From the NCBI GenBank assembly GCA_030680295.1, contig JAUXVU010000018.1, positions 677,547-709,546 on the forward strand: a DNA stretch of 32,000 nt. The letters are read 5' to 3'. Below the pieces are notes generated by a model, which was given only the letters and a program-made list of their open reading frames with translations, did not search any database and was not told the DNA's origin. Position numbers and translations under genes: made by a program. How positions within the stretch are numbered: position 1 is the first letter of the stretch; each line of letters starts with the position of its first letter. This DNA comes from Moraxellaceae bacterium (GTDB lineage Bacteria; Pseudomonadota; Gammaproteobacteria; Pseudomonadales; Moraxellaceae). Below, piece after piece: positions 17,591-27,300 of this stretch.

Positions 17591-18558
17591 TGTTGGTATC
17601 TGTTGCTGACTTGGGAAATTACTTGAACAAGGATGTTCAGTTTTACGCGAAACTCGTTGGGCGTCGTATGTGTCGTAGTGATACGGGACATAACTTTTAT
17701 CGCCTACAGTTTATTGAAAACGGACAAGCTGTTGACGGCATTCTTTGGTGGAGCAGTCCCATCTATGCCCTAGTGGGGCAACTTGATCTGTCAGTGCCTC
17801 CACGTGTAGAGGTACTAGGTCATGTCGACGGCGATAAAAGCTCATTACGCATCCGCGTTAGCAACCTGTGTATCGCTTATCAGAGCTTAAAAATAGGTAA
17901 TAGCGCTTGGATGATACCCATCCAAGCGCTAGACGCTTACTTCACGCTCTATGGCTATCTGCAAAAGATGTCAAAAGGTGGCTTGGCAACCTTTATGTCG
18001 GCAGTGTTTTTAGATGAAGACATTACACCCGCTTATTTACGCTGCCGAGGGAGCGTGAATCATCACCATAAATTTATGGGCGGTCTATTAGTGCATAGTG
18101 TTCAGGTAGCTAATTTAGTTCAGGTTCAATCAATTTGCTTAGGGTTATCGCTAGAAGAAACCGAGCTCGGTATTGCTGGAGCACTTCTGCATGACTTAGG
18201 AAAAATTGAAGTAGTTGGCGAAGCCAATCCACGACCTAAAGACCCTGGCTTATTCTCGCATGAGGTCACGACAATTAAGCTTTTGGCGCCGCACTTAAAA
18301 CTATTAAAGGCTATCGATTCAAGGACTGCATGGACGATGGAGCACATCCTTCATCAGATGATCCCTGCTCAAAAATCAAAGATCGCTTCACTGGTCATTT
18401 GCGACCTGATACGAATGGCTGATCAGCTTTCTGCAGCGTCCAATAATAAAAAAGGTATTGATGACTTTTTAAGTATTGGAAAGCACTCGCAGCTACATCC
18501 TATAAAAATGGAAGCAATTCAAAAAAGACAATTAGCTCTATTTAATGAAGCGGTTTAA
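17590..18558 (+). CDS. OB-fold + HD-domain protein (YhaM-like 3'-5' exonuclease / metal-dependent phosphohydrolase architecture)
   Basis: 322 aa from ATG 17590 (the track ORF starts at 17527). The N-terminal ~95 aa follow the YhaM OB-fold pattern (QFYAKLVGRRMCRSDTGHNFYRLQFIENGQAVDGILWW). HD-domain metal ligands are HHHKFMGGLLVHSVQV and GALLHDLGKIE. Confidence 0.7.
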   Translation: MLVSVADLGNYLNKDVQFYAKLVGRRMCRSDTGHNFYRLQFIENGQAVDGILWWSSPIYALVGQLDLSVPPRVEVLGHVDGDKSSLRIRVSNLCIAYQSLKIGNSAWMIPIQALDAYFTLYGYLQKMSKGGLATFMSAVFLDEDITPAYLRCRGSVNHHHKFMGGLLVHSVQVANLVQVQSICLGLSLEETELGIAGALLHDLGKIEVVGEANPRPKDPGLFSHEVTTIKLLAPHLKLLKAIDSRTAWTMEHILHQMIPAQKSKIASLVICDLIRMADQLSAASNNKKGIDDFLSIGKHSQLHPIKMEAIQKRQLALFNEAV

Positions 18559-18589
18559 GTCCAGCTGAAGGCATGAAGTTCTTGGGTAT

Positions 18590-20237
18590 TCTCTAAGCTG
18601 CCTGTACGGCAGTGAACGAACTACACGCCAAAGCATTACTGAGCTTTACTTTCTAAGCTGCTTGTACGGCAGTGAACGAAGAAGTGCTGGCCGAGTTTGA
18701 CCGTTGCGATTTCTAAGCTGCCTGTACGGCAGTGAACCTAATTGGCTACGATCCGCACGAACTACACAATTTCTAAGCTGCCTGTACGGCAGTGAACGTC
18801 ATCTCTACGCCCCGTCATGACTTCGTGATTTTCTAAGCTGCCTGTACGGCAGTGAACATGCAAAGCGCCTAACTAAGCGATGGCCGCAATTTCTAAGCTG
18901 CCTGTACGGCAGTGAACTAGGTGACTACAACTTAACCGAGTTTCTAACATTTCTAAGCTGCCTGTACGGCAGTGAACTATGTAGCGCAGCGACGTGGCTT
19001 GTGGGGATTTTTCTAAGCTGCCTGTACGGCAGTGAACGATGAGAGCCGTGGGTTCTAATCCCACACTTATTTCTAAGCTGCCTGTACGGCAGTGAACCGC
19101 TCAAAACAGGCCGCTTGGGTGGCGCGTATTTTCTAAGCTGCCTGTACGGCAGTGAACTTCGGTATTCGACTATCATGCTCAATGCCTCGTTTCTAAGCTG
19201 CCTGTACGGCAGTGAACAAGAACGTCTCCGCGTGTGCCGGTAGGGTTAGTTTCTAAGCTGCCTGTACGGCAGTGAACTTGCTGAGTTGCAGCGACAACTT
19301 GCGGAACTGTTTCTAAGCTGCCTGTACGGCAGTGAACCAGTTGATCCTTATTAAATAACTCCATGAGTCTTTCTAAGCTGCCTGTACGGCAGTGAACCTA
19401 GGGCTTCTTGTGCAGTAGCAGCGATGGTATTTCTAAGCTGCCTGTACGGCAGTGAACTTCTAGTGGTGTCACTTTGTTGGCTCCTTTTGTTTCTAAGCTG
19501 CCTGTACGGCAGTGAACATGATTACCAAATGCAAATGCCCGCAGTGTGATTTCTAAGCTGCCTGTACGGCAGTGAACGAAACAGTCACCAGCGCCGTTAG
19601 AAGTGGCAATTTCTAAGCTGCCTGTACGGCAGTGAACATTGATAAATATCTTGGCGCGACATGGCGTCGTTTCTAAGCTGCCTGTACGGCAGTGAACGCG
19701 CTGTCATCAGCACTGGCTTGTTGTGGTACTTTCTAAGCTGCCTGTACGGCAGTGAACGAGTTCAATATGCCTTTGATCTATTTCAGAACTTTCTAAGCTG
19801 CCTGTACGGCAGTGAACATGGTAACTGGACAGGCGGACGCAAGGACGTTTTTCTAAGCTGCCTGTACGGCAGTGAACTTTCCACATGGGCGATGCCACCA
19901 TCAAAGCTATTTCTAAGCTGCCTGTACGGCAGTGAACGTAATAGCCGCCACCTGCGCGGCTATTTATTTTTTCTAAGCTGCCTGTACGGCAGTGAACCTA
20001 GAGCGAGAAGGCCAGCAACGCAGCGAGAATTTCTAAGCTGCCTGTACGGCAGTGAACAATCATCTGCATCATGGTTTCAGCGGCTTCTTTTTCTAAGCTG
20101 CCTGTACGGCAGTGAACGAAGCAAAGCGTAGGAAGTAGGCGCAGCACTTTTTCTAAGCTGCCTGTACGGCAGTGAACCCTTAGCGGTCGCTATGCTGATG
20201 CTGCTGTCATTTCTAAGCTGCCTGTACGGCAGTGAAC
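18590..20237 (-). CRISPR. Type I-F CRISPR array: 28 repeats of 28 nt, 27 spacers of 32 nt, transcribed on the minus strand
   Basis: Exact 60-nt periodicity. Minus-strand consensus GTTCACTGCCGTACAGGCAGCTTAGAAA is the canonical I-F repeat with the Cas6f hairpin CTGCC-GTACA-GGCAG. The leader-proximal repeat is 20210-20237. The two leader-distal repeats each carry one substitution (18590-18617 ...TTAGAGA; 18650-18677 ...GTACAAGCAG...). All 27 spacers are different. Confidence 0.98.
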
Positions 20238-20310
20238 TAGAGATATGATCTTATAAACTAATGATAATTATATAAAATCCGTAAGTTTCATACAAATACC
20301 ATTTTATAGA
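20238..20310 (-). promoter_or_regulatory. AT-rich CRISPR leader with candidate promoter and IHF-like site
   Basis: All elements are on the minus strand. A perfect TATAAT (plus coordinates 20267-20272) lies about 30 nt upstream of the first repeat, preceded at 17 nt by TTGTAT. TATCATTAGTTTA (20254-20266) matches the IHF consensus WATCAANNNNTTR with one mismatch. Confidence 0.45.
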
Positions 20311-20343
20311 AAAACAAAAAAAAAGCCCTCTATTACAAGGGCT
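20311..20343 (-). terminator. Rho-independent terminator downstream of cas6f
   Basis: On the minus strand, AGCCCT-tgtaatag-AGGGCT (plus coordinates 20324-20343) is followed by a run of 9 T, then G and 4 more T. Confidence 0.75.
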
Positions 20344-20366
20344 GCAGCACGCGATAAAAAAAAGGG

Positions 20367-20936
20367 TCAGAACCAAGGCACCGTTACTTTTTCACTTAGG
20401 CGACTCAAACCATACGAATTTAATTCCCCAAACGTGGGACTATCCATCAACGGTCCCTGCTCAACAAAAACCTTCATCACCTGTTTATTGCTCTGACTGG
20501 TCAACTGCAAAAATGGCAGCTTAAGAACGCGGGGCTTTTCCTCAAGTGACTTCATTAACGCCTCTTCATCTGTAATCCAACCTTTAATGGCAGATCTTCG
20601 ATATTTATTATGAGCGCTTTTTAGTTGTCTTCGAGCAAAGTAACGATGCTTGACAGCATTCGGGACAGGCAAGATCTCACTGCACTGACAGTAGTCTCTA
20701 AGCCCTTTAAGCCAATTTTCAGACATTAACTTCTGAAGGATCACAGCAGTACCATGAAGCCGGATCTGAGTGCCAAGGCTCTTCCCATCATCGGCATACT
20801 TGGGAAAGCTGACGCCAACCTTGCCCATAGCTATCTGCCCCAAAACCACATGTAGTTTGGAGCACAAGTTGTTCATCAAGAAGTTGGCATCAGCCTCTAG
20901 GTCAGGCAAGACCGTTATTTCAAGATAACTATCCAT
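20367..20936 (-). CDS. cas6f: CRISPR endoribonuclease Cas6f (Csy4)
   Basis: 189 aa. MDSYLEITVLPDLEADANFLMNNLCSKLHVVLGQ parallels the P. aeruginosa Csy4 N-terminus (MDHYLDIRLRPD...LMS.LFGKLH). It is the last gene of the cas operon, next to the leader. Confidence 0.9.
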   Translation of the reverse strand: MDSYLEITVLPDLEADANFLMNNLCSKLHVVLGQIAMGKVGVSFPKYADDGKSLGTQIRLHGTAVILQKLMSENWLKGLRDYCQCSEILPVPNAVKHRYFARRQLKSAHNKYRRSAIKGWITDEEALMKSLEEKPRVLKLPFLQLTSQSNKQVMKVFVEQGPLMDSPTFGELNSYGLSRLSEKVTVPWF

Positions 20937-20950
20937 AATACCCTGACTCC

Positions 20951-21955
20951 TTAACCAGCTTCACCAAATACGCCACCACGAATAAACATGGCCATTATGT
21001 AATGCTGTTGCTCCAATGAAGGCGTTATACCTTTTAAGACCCAACCATCAAGCAATTTATAAAAGTCCATATTCTCTCTTGGCTGGCGATAGGCCTTACC
21101 ACGATTGGTGACGGAGCCGTAGGGTTCAACAGCAATAGGCCCTACTTCTGTCGCTTGAGGATGCCAGGTGTCAATCGTGCGCAACGCATTGCCAATTTTT
21201 TGCGAGTGCATCGCAGCCACGCCATCTAACTGATAGAGAAACTTGCTTTTATCGCCTTTAGCGCCGCCCATTACCAACTCTTGCGATGGATAAACCGCTT
21301 GCCCTGCCCCCAGCTTGACATAAGCATTAACACTCAAGAGCGCAAAACTTTCTCCCGTCAGACCCTGCTTAATAACTTGCGCTAATTTTGCTAAATCACC
21401 CGTTGGCTCCACAAAATTACGCAGGTCAAATTGTTGGCCATTAAAAACCCAAATATCATTAGCGTGGCTAACATGGATTTCAACTGCCTCTGCACCCACC
21501 CGGTTACGCCACAAAAAACGACCATTAGCTATATTCACGGCATAACGACTGGCCAACTCGGTGAACTGGGTTTGTTGAGCATAGCCATTAATAATGTCAG
21601 CCAATGCCTTCTGATACTCAGGATCATTACAAGTAGAAGGCGTCGCCAAGTCACCAATAACTCTTAATGTAAAACTAACTTTAAGTGTGTCTTGCTCAAA
21701 CGGCAGAGCTGCGTTATCGACAGTTTGTAAATTGGCCTTTTGAACTTCGGCATCAACCTTTGCAGGGTCACTTGCCAAAGCTGACTTTAGCCGATTTGAA
21801 ATAGTGCCTCTTACCGCTTTTTCTTTAATCGATATTGGTGAAAAGCTTTTTGCATTACCGCGATCATTCCAATTGCCACTGGCCATGATGGCGTCTGAAT
21901 TTGCAAGCTTGGATTCAAAAGCCAGTACCGATGCAGTCTTAAGAGTGGTTGTCAT
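20951..21955 (-). CDS. csy3: Type I-F Cascade backbone subunit Cas7f (Csy3)
   Basis: 334 aa, with position and size as expected for Csy3. N-terminal LAFESKL...D and a C-terminal GGVFG-type ending are typical of the family. Confidence 0.88.
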   Translation of the reverse strand: MTTTLKTASVLAFESKLANSDAIMASGNWNDRGNAKSFSPISIKEKAVRGTISNRLKSALASDPAKVDAEVQKANLQTVDNAALPFEQDTLKVSFTLRVIGDLATPSTCNDPEYQKALADIINGYAQQTQFTELASRYAVNIANGRFLWRNRVGAEAVEIHVSHANDIWVFNGQQFDLRNFVEPTGDLAKLAQVIKQGLTGESFALLSVNAYVKLGAGQAVYPSQELVMGGAKGDKSKFLYQLDGVAAMHSQKIGNALRTIDTWHPQATEVGPIAVEPYGSVTNRGKAYRQPRENMDFYKLLDGWVLKGITPSLEQQHYIMAMFIRGGVFGEAG

Positions 21956-21970
21956 AAGTAAGTTCCTTTT

Positions 21971-22960
21971 TTAGAAGTAAGTCAGTTCAGTTTCTGTGAG
22001 TTCAACTAAAGCAGCTTCCTGCTCCGGGTGTAGCTTTGGTGTGTTTTGTGTTGTGTTGGTTGCGCATAAATACCAAGGGCCTTGTTGCCGATAGCGCCAA
22101 ATAACGTCGCGCAGCTCAGGAACTCGGTGTGGACTTAACCACTGACCCACGCCATAAGCAGCCTCAACGAAACGAAATGGATATTGCGGATCACGGGCAT
22201 TGGCAACAGCACCAGAAGAATGCAGCGCTGAAATTGCCTTATAACCAGTAGTAATAGGCACCAAGTAACCTTTGGCTGGCTTAGGCATCAACTCCCACTC
22301 CGCAGCGTGCTCCGCTGTCGGCAAGTCAACACCCTCTGGCGCACTAGCGCGATACCTTAAAGCGGCAAAGTCCAACCAAGCATCAAGCATAGTGGCATTA
22401 GGCTGTGTCGTAATTAACTGCTCATAATGTTGCTTTAATAGCTCTGAGCGATCTGTGAGCAACCAACCCGGAAGCACTTTTCGCAGCAACTCACGACTTA
22501 TCGCTTGATCGTCGTCATTGCTATATAAACTCACGCCTTTGAGATGAATCACCTGACCACCTGCAAGCTTTTGTGTTTGCGAAAGAGAAATCAGTGCCTC
22601 AGTCAATTGATGCTGCTGGCTAGCGGTAAAAGGTTTGTTGGACTCCAAAATCAGGGAAACGGTAAGGTGCATTCTCCCTTCTTCAACAATGGGAGCTGTA
22701 TTACCCTCTTTAGTTAACGGGCTTCTAGTTAACGCAAAAACATAATCTCCCCAGCCACTCGGTTGATATGCTTGCACCTGATGGTCGTGACAAACGACGG
22801 CGCAACCCGTTAGTTCAATGCCAAACCTTTCTTGAATCTTGCGAGACAGTGCATGGGTGTACCCCAAGAAATGGGTAATGCCTGGAAAGCCGTAAGTTAG
22901 ACCAGCAATACAGTTAGCATTTTGGACTTTGATGCGCTCAAGTAAAATATAACTACTCAT
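21971..22960 (-). CDS. csy2: Type I-F Cascade subunit Cas5f (Csy2)
   Basis: 329 aa. ATGA overlap with the csy1 stop. Position and size are as in canonical I-F1 operons. Confidence 0.85.
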   Translation of the reverse strand: MSSYILLERIKVQNANCIAGLTYGFPGITHFLGYTHALSRKIQERFGIELTGCAVVCHDHQVQAYQPSGWGDYVFALTRSPLTKEGNTAPIVEEGRMHLTVSLILESNKPFTASQQHQLTEALISLSQTQKLAGGQVIHLKGVSLYSNDDDQAISRELLRKVLPGWLLTDRSELLKQHYEQLITTQPNATMLDAWLDFAALRYRASAPEGVDLPTAEHAAEWELMPKPAKGYLVPITTGYKAISALHSSGAVANARDPQYPFRFVEAAYGVGQWLSPHRVPELRDVIWRYRQQGPWYLCATNTTQNTPKLHPEQEAALVELTETELTYF

Positions 22961-24327
22961 AAAGCCTCCCTACTTTGTGCTCGATTGGTAGAAAACACAT
23001 TTGTCCCTAGCTCGTAATCTCGCAACCTAGGAGCGAAAAGCTTTGCCCAATGCCGGTGCTGTACTGTGCCAAACACTAGGCCGTCATTTTTGAGGGCATA
23101 ATTCAATTTATGGTTTAGCCAATCAGCAAAAGCCATGCAAATATCTTGCTGCCAGTTGTTGTTAGCTCTTTTTTGTTGAAACTGGAGGTCCTCGCACCAG
23201 GTATCGAGCCATAGCTGCTCAGCTGGTTTTAGTTTGTTATTCTGCAGGCTCCAACCAGCGTGCTCGATTAAGCCTTGAACTTCAGCCGCATAGTTCAGCA
23301 AAACATCAATAAGATCGTTTACATATGCGGCGATGTTTTGGCGGATCTCTAATGTGCTATCACGACCCTTTATGGCGAGCAAATACCGCTGTAACTCCTG
23401 AAAATCCCGCCATACTCGACGGTTAAATTCACGACCATAAAATATCGATTGTTCATTTTGAGGCGGTCTTAGCGTTGACTTCCAAGATGGCGGTGCACAG
23501 TTAAGCAGGTTCGTTTTACCGCCCCTCTGACTATTCAATTGAGAAATATTTTGTGGTTTAGAACCACCAAAGGTTTGAATTGCAGTATCCAAAAAACGAA
23601 CGTCAGGCTTGTCATGGTATTTGCCAGCCTTACGCGCATCTCGAATAGCTTTAGACTCATCACCATAGCGCACGGCAGATATTTTGCCGTTAAATTGATG
23701 CGCTAGAGACGACGCAAACACGGGACCTAGCAAATGGTACTGACCATCAGCTACCGGAAAATACAGCTGCTTAGCCAAGGTATGAGATGACAAGGCTTTA
23801 TCTGCCAAAGCCAACTTCAAGCCTTCAACCCACTCAGCGAGTTGAGAATGGTCTTCGGTGAATACAGCAAGTGCACTGAAATCGTTATCTGTTAATGACT
23901 GTGCAAGAGTGAGCCCGTTAAGCTCTAACAGAAGGAGCTTAGCAACATCTAATGCTGCTGCGCTCCCAACAGCATCAATCGCTAAGGTGGGTAAACTGGC
24001 TGTAACGAGATAATCCGCACCATCCATACTTTCAAGTGATAAGACACTGCTGCCTTTGGCATCGCCGTGAGTGAACTTCAACGCATGAGTAACAAGACTA
24101 ATTTGTTTTGCACGTTTTGCCGCATCATCTAACCAATTCCTAACATCAAACTGTTGGTTAATTTGCAGGATCTGAGGAGAAAATTCCGTATTGATTTGTG
24201 CTTTTTTAACATCGTCGTCAACACCTTTCAGCGCATTCTCTAGCTCTTTCTCTATTGGTTCCAGCTTCTGCAGCCTACGTTTGTCTATGTAATCAGCTAT
24301 TAATGCTGCTAATCCTTCATATTGCAT
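22957..24327 (-). CDS. csy1: Type I-F Cascade large subunit Cas8f (Csy1)
   Basis: 456 aa. Blocks shared with P. aeruginosa Csy1: VTHALKFTHGDAKGSS, AAALDVAKLL, HTLAKQLYFPV..GQYHLLGPVF, FGGSKPQNISQLNSQRGG. Confidence 0.9.
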   Translation of the reverse strand: MQYEGLAALIADYIDKRRLQKLEPIEKELENALKGVDDDVKKAQINTEFSPQILQINQQFDVRNWLDDAAKRAKQISLVTHALKFTHGDAKGSSVLSLESMDGADYLVTASLPTLAIDAVGSAAALDVAKLLLLELNGLTLAQSLTDNDFSALAVFTEDHSQLAEWVEGLKLALADKALSSHTLAKQLYFPVADGQYHLLGPVFASSLAHQFNGKISAVRYGDESKAIRDARKAGKYHDKPDVRFLDTAIQTFGGSKPQNISQLNSQRGGKTNLLNCAPPSWKSTLRPPQNEQSIFYGREFNRRVWRDFQELQRYLLAIKGRDSTLEIRQNIAAYVNDLIDVLLNYAAEVQGLIEHAGWSLQNNKLKPAEQLWLDTWCEDLQFQQKRANNNWQQDICMAFADWLNHKLNYALKNDGLVFGTVQHRHWAKLFAPRLRDYELGTNVFSTNRAQSREAL

Positions 24328-24342
24328 AACACCTCCTTGAAG

Positions 24343-27300
24343 TTATAACTCTTGATAAACGCCCAAAGTTGGGTGGTAATGCCATTTTTCGGCATCATGT
24401 TTTACTCTCAAGCGGATCTCGCCAAATTGCTTGCTGACCTCAGCAAGTGTGAGTCCCATTTGTTCTGCTCGCTGTTGATAAACAGACAACGCATCAAGCG
24501 CAAACCAAGCATGGTTGCCTTGAGTTGGCTCCCATATATCGGTTACAAAGTTTTCTGCTTCGATATATTCCAGCGGCCAGGAAGCATCATTAATTCGCAT
24601 GAATGCCGCCTCGTCTTCTTCCGATAACATCAGACAGTAAGGCTCATCAGGGGACGACTTACGAAATGGCGTGCGTCTCTGCAACTCAGCACTCCAGCTG
24701 GCGTCATGCTCCCACCACCTCGCAGCATAGTCGGATGGCCACACAACGTTATTGGGAAATGGCATATCGGGTCGGGGCAACAAATTCTGTAATAGTGAAA
24801 AGTGCTCAAACAACACTAAGCTGCTTAATATCTTAGATGGGAGCAATGATGGCTGAGTTATTCGCGGTAACGCATTAATAGCCAAATAGGCCTCTTCAGG
24901 CAGAATATCCCTCAGATCATGACTATCGAGCCGTAAATCATTGCGTTCAAAGCCGGGCTGACAGTAGGCAGGCTTGAGTTTTCCAAAACGATCAGTGGAT
25001 CCTTTTAGTGCTCTGAAATTTTGTGAAAAAATTAAGAGATTATCGCTATTAACTGCTTGCTGGCGGTGTCGCTGAATCCGCCCAGCTAACTGAATCAGTG
25101 AGCGCATAGAGCTAGGCTCAGCAATGGCCCAGTCATAATCATGATCCCGGCCGACCTCAGCAACAGAAGTTGCCAACACCACGAACACATGATTGTCTTG
25201 AGGATGCTGCGCTAATGCGCGGCTGATTTCGGCTTGCTGCCAAAGCGCTGAGGGATTATAGCGAGTCAATGCTGCATCTAATTTTTGCTCAATAGCCGAG
25301 CGCACCGCCAATGGATACTGGCTGTGATAAACACAATAATGAATATGAAAATTTTCAGGCACAGGCATTTTTAGTAGCTGCTTAGCCACCGCCACCATAG
25401 GATTAATGTTAGCCATACGCACTAGGCCGATTGACACTTTCTGAGCAGTAGGGGCTACCTGGTGGTGCTGATTGTGTAGCTGACAAATACTCTGCTGAAT
25501 CATGACTGCCAGCTGGTTAATAATCAGTTCTGGATTTTTACTTGTGGGGGTTACACCCAGCAGGCTCGCTTTACGCAGCACAGGCTGAGTTGCCAGCGAC
25601 TTAACCCGCTTTTCAACAAATGACATGTGCTGCAGCATCAACTGATTTTTATTAGCACACTCCGCTTTTACAGCGGTGAATTCATCAAACCAAGCGCAGA
25701 TAACAGGTGACTGTGACCGACCACCAGCATTCACAGCATTGAAGTGTTCTCTACCATTGCGGTAAGCCTCAAACAATGCGCACACCATTACCGGAGGCAA
25801 TGTTGCAGATGAGAACAGCACTTTGGCACCTAGCATTCCGGCCCAGTTCACCAGTCGGCATAGCGCTGGCAAATCTGCCGTATCAAAATCATCAGGCTCA
25901 TCCAAAACCAAGTCAGCCGTCAGCAAGCGAAGCATAGGGGCAATTTGTTTACCACCACGGACACCCTCCGTGGCTGGCATTAGGTGATCAATAGTGCTTA
26001 CCAATACGGGTGCGCTCACCAGCTGATTTAGCTTTGGACTACTGTTTAACCAGCCCTTTAATCGGCCATCGTACAAACTTCCCTGATAGCTAACGTATAG
26101 GTGTTCCGCGATGGGGTCAGCCAACGACTCACTACCTGTAGCGCTACTACTGACAGCTAACTCTGCTTGTAAGGCCTGCTTACTAATGTCATGCAATTGC
26201 TGAACAGCTGCTGAACCAATTAATACCGCTAGGTCATCATCTGCTAGGTGTAGTCGCTCTTTTAGTGCGTCGCCTGTTTGCAATGTTAAGGTTCTTAGGC
26301 CCAGTGCCACACTAAAACGGCATCCCAATTTTTCATCCGCTAAGCCATACATAATTCGAGCATTGGCAAAGGTTTTACCTTTCCCGGTACTGGCCATGTT
26401 GATACCAAAAAAACCTTGATTGACGCTGCTTTCCTTTACCGAACAAGCCAAGTCATAGGCTTTATCCTGCCAGCGAAACTTATCGAGCGTTGCACGTTGC
26501 TTGAAGCCTTTATGCCGTGTGATGGATGGCAATGTATTTTTTAGGGTCGGCAAACTTTTTGCTAATAAGAAGGAGTGGTGGCTAACACCGACATTATGCT
26601 CATCAAGTTTTTGATTCAGGGCTTTGCTTTTGCGATCAGAATTCGCATATGACTGATAGGAAGGATCTTGCCACTTTGCTTCAGGCTTTTGAGCCGAGTA
26701 ATAGTGGTCAGCCAGCATGAGTGCTAGGCGTGCGATATGACTGGTAAAGCGTTGCTCGAACCAATCGTGTTCAAACAGTCTGTGGCAATTTAGAGCTCTT
26801 GTTGCGATTTCACTGGCTTTTTTTCGCCAAGATGAACTAAGAAATGGCGTGCCATTAACGAAAAACCAATTTTGATTACGTCGGTGCTGATCCGCGGGAT
26901 CCAAACTGTTTACGGAATTCCATAACACATTAAAGTCATCCGATAGCCAACCCGTTATAGAGATTAATGAGGGAGATACATTTGAGCTTTTAGGAGAGAA
27001 AACAGGAAGACGATGATGGGATACGATGAGCCAAGCGACCAATCTTGAAACCGGAGTCAAACCATCAAAAGGCGCTAGATTAGTCTGCTCAGGGGCGTCC
27101 TTATGAAGCTGGGCTAAAACGCTGTGTTCAATATTTTCGGTAGTGTTTGTTAAATCAGTAAGCCATTCTTTATCCGTTTTGCCAGCAGCAAATGCCTGAA
27201 ACAATCGTAGAGATACCCATTCATGCCGATAAGGCTCATAACCCGGCGTTTTTACTTTTGGGTCTATTTTTTCCTGAAATAGTTGATTGGCTTTGCCAAA

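Noticed and set aside
18618-18769. Spacers 1 and 3 share the 9-mer gaactacac (possible overlapping acquisitions from one target)
   Set aside because: Beyond the 9-mer the sequences diverge. Among 27 x 32 nt compared on both strands, I estimate about three chance 9-nt matches are expected (roughly 746,000 position pairs divided by 4^9).
19038-19069. Spacer 8 contains gtggg-ttctaat-cccac, reminiscent of a tRNA T-arm (a possible att-site or phage-tRNA target)
   Set aside because: The loop has a pyrimidine where the T-loop needs a purine (position 57), and it does not match the tRNA-Val in this window. A 5-bp hairpin alone is not evidence.
18873-20131. Track ORFs inside the array (18873-19064, 18925-19182, 19179-19364, 19661-20131, 19707-19904) with periodic peptides such as FLSCLYGSE or VHCRTGSLE
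   Set aside because: The periodic peptide motifs are translations of the 28-nt CRISPR repeat recurring every 60 nt (20 codons). These ORFs are artefacts of the array, not genes.
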